DNA of 32,000 bases from Thermodesulfobacteriota bacterium (GTDB taxonomy: Bacteria; Desulfobacterota; WTBG01; JAGOGO01). Below are positions 17,151 through 24,115 of this stretch, piece by piece. The stretch covers positions 795,622-827,621 of the forward strand of contig CP113000.1 of the NCBI GenBank assembly GCA_026625185.1. Direction: 5' to 3'. A program made the position numbers and the translations under genes. The notes below the pieces were generated by a model. That model searched no databases, had not been told where the DNA came from, and worked only from the letters and a program-made list of their open reading frames with translations. Positions within the stretch are counted from its first letter, which is position 1. Each line of letters begins with the position of its first letter.

Positions 17151-17959
17151 GGCACTATTCCTGTAATGAGTGTGCCCAGATGCAAAGGCACATTGGTACA
17201 TCTAAACAACACAAATAAAGACACCCACCCCGACATAAAAATTATTTCCGGGACTCTGATTTTCATTGATCTGATTAAATAAAAATGGCCGTCAAATCCG
17301 CGGCAACACATGGCCCGATAAATTCGTTCGGCCCGATCAAGCGTGCGCAGCAACAGATGACCGATAAGGGAGATGAAAATTCTAAAACTCATTGTCCCGG
17401 AATTAAACGTCCGAAGGGACCGGGCACGCACCATCCGGTCTGCTTCGTCGGTCATAACAAACAAATATCGATAAAAAAATAAAAGCTGAACGATGAATGG
17501 TTTTGGAACACCGAATTTTCTCATTGACTCACAAACCGCATTAAAACCGGTCAACGATATTAAAATGAGAGCGGCAGTCACCGTCAATACAAAGCGCAGG
17601 AGGATGGATAAAAAAGAGACGAATCCACCCGAAATCCCTACCGAGCCGATGTGAAAAAGTATTTCCCGGTCAAGCAGAGGATTGAAAACACCGATCAAGA
17701 TGGCAAACGGTGAAACGATTAACACTTTTTTCAGGAGGTAATTATACGGAAGCCCGCCGAGGGATATTAACGCGATAGGATAAAGGAAGAAAGGAAGTAT
17801 CGCGGAGAGGGCGTATTTGTCAAACGAAACCACCGCCACGATAAACACTAAGGTGGTAATCAATTTGGCGCGCGGGTCCAGACGATGGAGCAGGCTGTCC
17901 CCTGCCGCCAGAGCGTCCATTCGGCCAATATCAAATGAGTTTTTTCCGATGTTATTCAT
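17147..17959 (-). CDS. cbiQ: ECF transporter transmembrane (T) component, CbiQ family
   Basis: 270 aa polytopic membrane protein with RLDPRAKL near the N-terminus and an ARSLR-type coupling motif. It lies between the cbiM-like and cbiO genes. Confidence 0.85.
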   Translation of the reverse strand: MNNIGKNSFDIGRMDALAAGDSLLHRLDPRAKLITTLVFIVAVVSFDKYALSAILPFFLYPIALISLGGLPYNYLLKKVLIVSPFAILIGVFNPLLDREILFHIGSVGISGGFVSFLSILLRFVLTVTAALILISLTGFNAVCESMRKFGVPKPFIVQLLFFYRYLFVMTDEADRMVRARSLRTFNSGTMSFRIFISLIGHLLLRTLDRAERIYRAMCCRGFDGHFYLIRSMKIRVPEIIFMSGWVSLFVLFRCTNVPLHLGTLITGIVP

Positions 17960-18030
17960 GGTGGTTATAAAAAAATTTGGTTAGCTGAATACGCGCCGGC
18001 CCTGGTCACCAAATATTCCTGTATTACTTT

Positions 18031-19071
18031 TTATCTTTCTGGTAACGATTTAATCTTGCGGCGTTTAAGAACTATCCCGATCAGTACAGCCAGCACAAGG
18101 GTTAAAAAGCCTCCGATCAATCCGGACACCGACGTCCCCGGATCAACCGCCGGCCATGTAGGACTTTCGCTGGCTTCAGGTTTGGGTTCGCTTTTTTTAA
18201 AACCATAATCCGGCAAGAAGGCTGTTTTTCCCTGAACATTAGCCAATGAAGCATGCACTTTTTCGGACGTCTCCAACTCTTCCTTGCCTGAGGTCCTAAA
18301 CATGGACCATTCCAAACCATCCGGATTGCTCGACGCAAACCAGCTTAAGGCGCCTCCGGTAATGAGAGTTACTATCAGAACACCCAAAAGCAGTTTTTTC
18401 ATGTCGACTTTAACGATTGAGGCAACGCCTTGCGCGGAATTTAAAATCTCCGGACGCGCTTTCCACACAAAAGAAACCACCGCAGCACTAATTAATCCTT
18501 CCACGATACCGATGCCCATGTGAATCGGTTGCATCAGGAGGACAAATGTTTGAAAGGGAAGTTCTGATATTCCCGAAAACACGGTTTCAAGAACCACAGC
18601 AAAAGCCCCCAGCTGGAGACCAACAATCGCAGCAATAATGCCGCCCGTCGCGATTTTGGCTTGAGTAGGATTTTCTCCGGCAATTTTTTTATAAATGAAC
18701 GGATAGGCAAGAAAACAAGGGAAAAACCCGAGATTAAAAATATTACACCCTAAGGCCAACAGTCCGCCATCAGCGAAAAAAAATGCCTGCACCGTCAGCA
18801 CCGAGGCCATGACCAGGAAAGCGGCATAAGGTCCCAGCAGGATGGCCAGAATCATGCCGCCGCCCAGGTGTCCGCTGGAACCGGTTGCCGGGATAGTGAA
18901 ATTGATCATTTGCGCCGCAAAGATAAAAGCGCCCAAAACTCCCATAAGCGGAATCTTTCGGTCATCCGCTTCATCTTTCAATTTTTTGGCGCTATAACCG
19001 ATAAGCCCCGCAGTTGTCGCCCACATAGTAGCGCCCACCAAAGGAGAGATTAAAGCATCAGCCATATGCAT
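18031..19071 (-). CDS. cbiM: ECF substrate-capture component, CbiM/NikM fused to a PDGLE (CbiN-like) domain
   Basis: 346 aa with an AAAGGAGAA SD. N-terminus MHMAD (the Met1-His2 metal-ligand N-terminus of CbiM/NikM) and SSGH68LGGG. The C-terminal extension has NPDGLEW and a final TM. Confidence 0.85.
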   Translation of the reverse strand: MHMADALISPLVGATMWATTAGLIGYSAKKLKDEADDRKIPLMGVLGAFIFAAQMINFTIPATGSSGHLGGGMILAILLGPYAAFLVMASVLTVQAFFFADGGLLALGCNIFNLGFFPCFLAYPFIYKKIAGENPTQAKIATGGIIAAIVGLQLGAFAVVLETVFSGISELPFQTFVLLMQPIHMGIGIVEGLISAAVVSFVWKARPEILNSAQGVASIVKVDMKKLLLGVLIVTLITGGALSWFASSNPDGLEWSMFRTSGKEELETSEKVHASLANVQGKTAFLPDYGFKKSEPKPEASESPTWPAVDPGTSVSGLIGGFLTLVLAVLIGIVLKRRKIKSLPER

Positions 19072-19089
19072 CGTTAGTTCTCCTTTCTT

Positions 19090-20196
19090 CTAAAAATAGG
19101 TGTTTAACCTGATTCCGTAAATAAAACCTTCCGGATCTTTGTCTTCCTTAATTCGATCTTGAATATATTGAACATCAAAGGTTAGGTCGCTAAAATCACA
19201 AACCTGAAATTTTACGTAGGCTTCAGCCGCATTGGTATGGTTTATATCCGCTTCATCTGCGCCTTCGAGATATGCATAACCCACGCCTATTTCATCTTTT
19301 TCCCGGCACCACAACTTTCCATTAACGTTTAAGCCCAAAGAGTAAATTTTTTCATGATCTACTGCTGCTTCATCATCCTGCCATCCCAACCTTGTAAAAA
19401 CTCCAAGTATTTCACCCAGCTTTTGATCACAAGAAACCCCCCAACCTTTAAGGCGCTCATGGCCGCTTTCATTATCGTTCTGAAATTTATCGCTGGTTAA
19501 GAATCCATAAATCCGGTAGTTTCCTTCACCCAGTCCAGTATCTGCTTTATAACCCAGTTGGCAAGCATGGTAGTTGTAATGTCTACCTTCTTCATTTTTG
19601 GTGGCCATTTCGACCGCCCTTATGGTGAATTTTGAAATTTCAAGCTCGGCTGCGCCTCCAATATCATAGGAAGGCAAATTGACGTTTTTTTGACTAACAA
19701 AAATTTCGTTCATAAACTGAGTAGTTTCACAATTGGCAAAGGCATTGTCGTCAATGTAACAGGAGGAGTCTATAATGCCTCCGGTTATGGCGAGCGATGA
19801 ATCCTGAGAAAGTATAAATTTGTGCTTATACCAGGCTTCCAGAAGATAACTTCTATCCCGACCGTTAATATGTCTCAGATCACTCTTAAGGTCATCATCA
19901 TAAGGCGCTAAGGAAAAAGGAGAAACTGCATTCAACCCATCCTGGTCAGTATAACTGGCGGTTAGCTGAAACTCATCAGTTTTAGTAGGATGAAAATTCA
20001 TCCTAACATCAAGAATTCCTGAGCCCCGGCCTGGATGATGTGGTTCTCCATGGTCGATATCACCATATTGATAAACACCAGTAAGGGTGGTATCCGTGTT
20101 TAATTTGTCATTTATGTCGTATGCTAAAGTTAAAACCGGGGTTGTAAAAATTACAATAATGCTCAAAAAACAATAAATCGCATGGGCCTTTCTCAC
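19090..20196 (-). CDS. outer-membrane beta-barrel porin (OprB/carbohydrate-porin-like), first gene of the Ni/Co transporter operon
   Basis: 368 aa with a GTG start and a signal peptide ...TTPVLTLA/YD. It shows alternating beta-strand patterns, a C-terminal ...IYGIRLNTYF with terminal Phe, and LTFDVQYIQD resembling the OprB family. It lies 18 nt upstream of cbiM. Confidence 0.65.
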   Translation of the reverse strand: MRKAHAIYCFLSIIVIFTTPVLTLAYDINDKLNTDTTLTGVYQYGDIDHGEPHHPGRGSGILDVRMNFHPTKTDEFQLTASYTDQDGLNAVSPFSLAPYDDDLKSDLRHINGRDRSYLLEAWYKHKFILSQDSSLAITGGIIDSSCYIDDNAFANCETTQFMNEIFVSQKNVNLPSYDIGGAAELEISKFTIRAVEMATKNEEGRHYNYHACQLGYKADTGLGEGNYRIYGFLTSDKFQNDNESGHERLKGWGVSCDQKLGEILGVFTRLGWQDDEAAVDHEKIYSLGLNVNGKLWCREKDEIGVGYAYLEGADEADINHTNAAEAYVKFQVCDFSDLTFDVQYIQDRIKEDKDPEGFIYGIRLNTYF

Positions 20197-20248
20197 TTTG
20201 CAAAGTTCTTTCAGTTTTTTATTTTTGATAGATCAAAACCAGGACTTA

Positions 20249-20275
20249 GTGTTACTTTAATCATATTAATAACAC
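20249..20275. promoter_or_regulatory. NikR-type operator candidate (dyad GTGTTAC-N13-ATAACAC)
   Basis: 13 of 14 positions are symmetric. It lies immediately downstream of the -35 hexamer of the porin/cbi operon promoter. It matches my recollection of the GTGTTAC-N13/14-GTAACAC NikR box predicted for deltaproteobacteria and archaea. Confidence 0.5.
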
Positions 20276-20284
20276 CATTGTCAA
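20250..20284 (-). promoter_or_regulatory. candidate sigma-70 promoter of the porin-cbiMNQO operon
   Basis: The minus strand has TTGACA (20284-20279) followed by an AT-rich TATGAT/ATTAAA region. The exact -10 is ambiguous. Confidence 0.4.
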
Positions 20285-20298
20285 GCTTTTTTTTAAAA

Positions 20299-20600
20299 AT
20301 GCTCCTCAAATACGGCTTCCGCATCAGTATCTCTCGTAAGGGAAATCCATACGACAATGCCACCACCGAAAGTTTTTTAAAACTCTTAAGGTTGAAGAAG
20401 TATATCTCTGGGAATACCGGGCCCTGGAAGAGGTCCAGATTCGGCTTCCCTTGTTCACCCAAGAAGTGTACAATCACCAACGTCTGCATTCCTCTCTCCG
20501 ATACCGACCGCCGGTGGAATTTGAATAACTCTTTCTCAACAACCAAAAACCTTTTCCGACTGCCCTAACCGGAATTGTCTAATCTCCGGGGCGCAGTCCA
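20299..20600 (+). mobile_element. IS3-family transposase (OrfB) 3' relic, 5'-truncated and frameshifted, with a putative right end
   Basis: It reads ...GFRISISRKGNPYDNATTESF. After a +1 shift near 20376 it reads FKTLKVEEVYLWEYRALEEV...VYNHQRLHSSLRYRPPVEFE* (stop at 20526-20528), the canonical C-terminus of IS3-type integrase-core transposases. A possible terminal ...CA lies near 20600. The end coordinate is approximate. Confidence 0.8.
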
Positions 20601-20755
20601 GATTGGTGATAAAGTTTAAAGGAAATCTTTATTGCAAAAAAATTAAAGTGGTGTAAAATAATTATTAGAAAGATTTAAAAGGACGCTAATAGATCAGCTT
20701 TTTATTTCTCATTTAAGCAGTCGCTACAATTCTAATTGATTATATCGGCTTCAGG

Positions 20756-20821
20756 TTTACCCACTGCCTCGAACTGATCAGTAAAGAATAGTTACTATAA
20801 TCAGCGAAGGCTGTGGGTAAA
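20756..20821. other. 66-nt extended hairpin (possible structured RNA or miniature repeat)
   Basis: Outer arms TTTACCCACTGCCT / AGGCTGTGGGTAAA (13/14 pairs). Inner pairs are CG/CG, CTGAT/ATCAG and AGTAA/TTACT. Confidence 0.6.
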
Positions 20822-21042
20822 GAAATTTAACTCCGTTCTTTTATAATTTAGGCAGTAGAAGAATTCTTTTCACGGCCTTTTTTTTGCCTTTGTATTTTGA
20901 AGGCGTTTTGATATGCCTTTTTAAAAAGGGAAGTTAAGGAGTAGAATAATCGGTACCCAATAAAAGAGCTGGAGTTTAGGCCTTATGTAAACGCAAATTG
21001 AACATACGACAAGGATTAACTTCTACCTGGGTTGGAGGGAAG

Positions 21043-22707
21043 ATGCGACAACTTACAGGGAAACTGAAAGCATTAGAAATCAAGCTCAAGCGGACAGAAG
21101 AGGTGTTGCGGGATACTGAGGAATTCCATCCCAGCCTTTTGCATTATGTGCCCACCCCCATCGTAGTTATCACTCCAGATAGTTCAATAACATATATAAA
21201 TCCTGCCCTGGAAAAAGCAACTGGTTTTTCCCTTGGAGAGGTTATCGGGAGGAGGCCTCCCTACCCCTGGTGGACTGAAGAGACGATGCAAAAGATCAGT
21301 GAAGATTTCAAAGAAGCTTTTCATAAAGATGTACAGGGGGTTGAAGAACTTTTAAAGAAAAAAAATGGAGAGCGATTCTGGGTTGAGGTAAATTCTACGC
21401 CGGTAGGAAGAAATGGCGAGCTTAAATATTACCTGTCAACCTGGGTTGATATTACCGCGCGTAAGAAAGCAGAGGAGGATCTGAAGGAAAGCGAACAAAC
21501 GTACCGAAATGTAATTGATAATATCGGTATCGGGGTAGCACTCATCAGCCCGGCGATGGAAATATTAACCTTAAACAATCAGATGAAAAGATGGTTTCCA
21601 ACTGTTGATGCATCCCAAAAGCCCATTTGCTACCGTTCTTTTAATCTCCCCCCGAGAGAAAGCATCTGTTCTTACTGTCCAACCGTTAAGACATTAAGAG
21701 ATGGAGAAATTCATGAGAACATATCCGATACCCCTTCAGGGGATAAAATAATTAACTACCGAATAATTTCATCTCCTATTAAAAATAAAGCCGGCAACGT
21801 TATTGCAGCCATAGAGATGGTAGAAAATATTACTGAGTGGGGGCAGTTAAAACAGGTATTAAAAGACAGTGAAAAGAAGTATCGAACCATTTATGAATCT
21901 TCCCGTGACGCCATCATGATAGCGACTCCGGAAGAAGGATTTTTGGCGGGCAATCCTGCTACTGTAAAAATGTTTGGCTGGGCTAATGAGCAAGAATTTA
22001 TATCCCAGTCCCCGGCAAGCGTATCCCCTGAGTATCAACCTGATGGCGCCCTATCTTCAATAAAAGCGCAACAGATGATGGCAATAGCCCTGAAGAAAGG
22101 AACCCATTTTTTTGAATGGAAACACAAGCGATTAGATGGAACCGAATTTTTTTCCACCGTTTTATTAACCAGAATGAAGCTAAACGGTAAAAACGTTTTA
22201 CAGGCCACCGTTCGGGACATTTCTGATCGTAAATTGGCTGAGCAAGAGCTGATAGAAAAACAAAAGCAACTGGAAGCTAAGACAAAAGATCTTGAGGAAA
22301 TAAATACCGCGTTGAATGTCTTGTTAAAAAAAAGGGAGGGAGATAAGAAAGAACTCGAACAAAACGTGGTCTTAAACGTAAAGAAACTGATTGAACCTTA
22401 TTTAGAAAAATTAAAAAAAAGTAGGATGAACGAAACTCAGAACGCTTACTTGGATATCTTGGCATCACATTTAAAGGACATTATTTCACCATTTGCACAC
22501 ACCTTATCTTCAAAGTATTTGCATTTGACTTCCGCAGAGATCAAGATTGCAAGCCACATAAAGCAAGGCAAGACGACTAAAGAGATAGCATCGTTGTTAA
22601 ATTTGTCCTCCCAAACGATAGAGTCTCACCGAAAGAATTTGAGAAAAAAATTAGGGATAAGAAACAACAAAATAACTCTCAGAACCCACCTCAAAACCCT
22701 CCAATAA
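21043..22707 (+). CDS. multi-PAS LuxR-family transcriptional regulator (no receiver domain)
   Basis: ATG 21043 with a GGAGGGAAG SD. It has three PAS-like modules (the middle one with C-x12-C-x2-C-P), a coiled-coil linker and a C-terminal LuxR/GerE HTH (LTSAEIKIASHIKQGKTTKEIASLLNLSSQTIESHRKNLRKKLG). Confidence 0.85.
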   Translation: MRQLTGKLKALEIKLKRTEEVLRDTEEFHPSLLHYVPTPIVVITPDSSITYINPALEKATGFSLGEVIGRRPPYPWWTEETMQKISEDFKEAFHKDVQGVEELLKKKNGERFWVEVNSTPVGRNGELKYYLSTWVDITARKKAEEDLKESEQTYRNVIDNIGIGVALISPAMEILTLNNQMKRWFPTVDASQKPICYRSFNLPPRESICSYCPTVKTLRDGEIHENISDTPSGDKIINYRIISSPIKNKAGNVIAAIEMVENITEWGQLKQVLKDSEKKYRTIYESSRDAIMIATPEEGFLAGNPATVKMFGWANEQEFISQSPASVSPEYQPDGALSSIKAQQMMAIALKKGTHFFEWKHKRLDGTEFFSTVLLTRMKLNGKNVLQATVRDISDRKLAEQELIEKQKQLEAKTKDLEEINTALNVLLKKREGDKKELEQNVVLNVKKLIEPYLEKLKKSRMNETQNAYLDILASHLKDIISPFAHTLSSKYLHLTSAEIKIASHIKQGKTTKEIASLLNLSSQTIESHRKNLRKKLGIRNNKITLRTHLKTLQ

Positions 22708-22786
22708 CGGGTAAATTTCCTACCCAGTTTATCCCCAAGAAATCCCAGTTGAAAAACATTGGACTTTTTGGTATGTTAGTGCCAGC

Positions 22787-22891
22787 CATTTAACTTCTTA
22801 ATTCCTTACCCGGACTCGATTGGTCCCGCTCCTCAGGGGCGGGGCCAAAGGGTCATTTAACTTTTTAATTCCTTACCCGGACTCGATTGGT
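22787..22891. repeat. two 38-bp direct repeats (37/38 identical) separated by a 29-bp GC-rich hairpin spacer
   Basis: CATTTAACTT(C/T)TTAATTCCTTACCCGGACTCGATTGGT at 22787-22824 and 22854-22891. The spacer CCCGCTCCTCAGGGGCGGGGCCAAAGGGT contains CCCGC/GCGGG. Confidence 0.9.
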
Positions 22892-22970
22892 TGATAAACT
22901 ACGGTCTGTCTATCGCCTCTCTTTTGGGGAATTGAATTCAAGCAAAAGGTAAATATTCAGGAGGAACAAC

Positions 22971-23168
22971 ATGACCATTAATGAAATTCGAAACATGGCA
23001 AAAGGTATGGGTATTAATACCTATAGAATGAAAAAGACATATGTGATTCAGTCTATTCAAAGAGCGGAAAACAACATTGCTTGTTACGGCACCGGGAGGG
23101 TGGAACGTTGCCATGAAGATGAATGCTGTTGGAGAGGTGATTGTCGTTCCTTAAACAATAAAGAGTAG
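22971..23168 (+). CDS. small Rho_N/SAP-like helical domain protein with a C-terminal five-Cys motif
   Basis: 65 aa with a strong SD (CAGGAGGAA). INEIRNMAKGMGINTYRMKKTYVIQSIQ resembles the Rho N-terminal/SAP helix-extended-helix motif. This is followed by C38-x8-C47-x4-CC-x4-C58 (CYGTGRVERCHEDECCWRGDC). Confidence 0.7.
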   Translation: MTINEIRNMAKGMGINTYRMKKTYVIQSIQRAENNIACYGTGRVERCHEDECCWRGDCRSLNNKE

Positions 23169-23284
23169 CCCAAAAGTAGTTTCGTTTTGCAGGGGACACC
23201 GAGACATAATGGTTTATCAAACACATTAATTTTACAAAGTTTGTTTGAACTTCAACCGGTTGAAGGAAGAAAGGGGGACTCACC

Positions 23285-23578
23285 ATGGCATAAAATTTCA
23301 AAATTTTTGTTCACCGAAACAGCGACAACCTTCATTTACAATTAATGGGTGATTTTGATGGCTCTTCCGCCCATCAGCTGGTCAATGCGTTGAAAAAGCA
23401 TGGTGCTGGGGCTTATAGTGTTTTCATCCATACCAGTGGCCTTAAGGATATTTATCCTTTTGGTCGGGATACCTTTCAAAATAACCTTCACCGCCTGGAC
23501 CACCAATTCTTTGGTAGCCTGATATTTACCGGCGAGAATGCGAAAAACATAGCACCAAGAAGTAGCCAAATTCTGTAA
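23285..23578 (+). pseudogene. small conserved-looking gene interrupted by an in-frame TAA at codon 3 (possible STAS-like fold)
   Basis: AAGGGGGA SD, then 6 nt, then ATG GCA TAA. The same frame continues NFKIFVHRNSDNLHLQLMGDFDGSSAHQLVNALKK... The track ORF (23345-23578) begins only at the internal Met. Confidence 0.5.
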
Positions 23579-23584
23579 ATAGGG

Positions 23585-23619
23585 AAACCAAAAGGAAGGT
23601 GGTTTACTTTTTCACTTTT
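23585..23619 (+). terminator. weak intrinsic terminator candidate
   Basis: AAACCA-N9-TGGTTT followed by ACTTTTTCACTTTT, directly after the stop at 23578. Confidence 0.3.
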
Positions 23620-23678
23620 GTTAAGGTTCCAAGGCTCATGAGGGATTTGGTGGTTTATCCGTTAGTAAGTTCTGATAA

Positions 23679-23873
23679 ATGAATGAAAGCGTTGGTTACG
23701 CGAGAACAACTATGGAGAAAGAAAAATTTAAATGTGCTTGCTGTGGCAACGAATTAGGCTGGAAACGGGCTACCCATGAGTGTCATATTTGCGGGAGGTT
23801 TTTTTGTAATAAGTGCATCAATGGAGAAGGGATTTGCTTTTCCTGTGAAGAGGAAAACAAAGAGGAGCCATAA
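23679..23873 (+). CDS. small eight-Cys zinc-finger protein with FYVE-like cross-brace spacing
   Basis: CACC-x12-CHICG-RFF-CNKC-x6-CFSC. The spacing CxxC-x12-CxxCG-x3-CxxC is identical to the core of FYVE fingers. An alternative start is ATG 23712. The SDs are weak. Confidence 0.6.
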   Translation: MNESVGYARTTMEKEKFKCACCGNELGWKRATHECHICGRFFCNKCINGEGICFSCEEENKEEP

Positions 23874-23913
23874 TTTTTCTAATTGTCATAAAACAAAAAC
23901 AAACTCAGCCCCA

Positions 23914-24090
23914 AAAAACATACTGTTTTTTGAGATTAACGAAGTTCTGCGTTGTCTTTATTAGATGGAGCTGGTTGAGGAAGGATATATTACTCTCGAA
24001 GCTTCTAATGCACGAAAGGCAATAAAACCATTGGAACACAGCAATTACTTTAAGCTTTCATTAAAATTAATTGTTTTATCTCATGTCTAA
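23914..24090 (+). pseudogene. degraded receiver-domain gene fragment upstream of the kinase
   Basis: One frame reads KNILFFEINEVLRCLY*MELVEEGYITLEASNARKAIKPLEHSNYFKLSLKLIVLS. This aligns by eye to a receiver N-terminus (K-x-ILIVDD-NEV-x-R-x-L-...-LEE-x-GY-x-V-x-EASNG-x-EAL-...-YDLILLD). The DD pair is lost, there is an in-frame TAG (23962), and the acceptor Asp is lost. Confidence 0.4.
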
Positions 24091-24115
24091 ATTTAAATGC
24101 CAAAGGGAGAATGTG

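Noticed and set aside
19072-20300. A cobalamin riboswitch upstream of the cbi-type transporter.
   Set aside because: The distance from the candidate promoter to the first start codon is only about 50 nt, and the cbiM-porin gap is 18 nt. A B12 riboswitch of about 200 nt cannot fit, and I saw no B12-box-like sequence.
20850-20861. The 12-mer AGGCAGTAGAAG shared between this intergenic region and 27956-27967.
   Set aside because: In a 32-kb window, tens of exact 12-mer coincidences are expected by chance (about N^2/2 divided by 4^12), and the flanking bases do not match.
20873-20888. CGGCCTTTTTTTTGCC upstream of the LuxR-type gene, which has correct GG-N10-GC spacing, as a second sigma-54 promoter.
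   Set aside because: Only the GG and TTGC cores match, and the rest of the -24 element (TGGCAC) is poor (CGGCCT). The sequence is equally well explained as a GGC/GCC mini-hairpin in a T-run. It is too weak to call.
22787-22891. Interpreting the 38-bp repeat pair as a CRISPR array.
   Set aside because: There are only two repeats and one 29-bp spacer, with no cas genes or leader in the window. The repeat lacks a typical CRISPR terminal motif or internal palindrome. I kept it as a generic direct repeat finding instead.
23053-23569. Minus-strand ORFs 23053-23301 and 23342-23569.
   Set aside because: They lie antisense to plus-strand genes that have strong SDs and recognisable motifs. They have no SD of their own and no motif.
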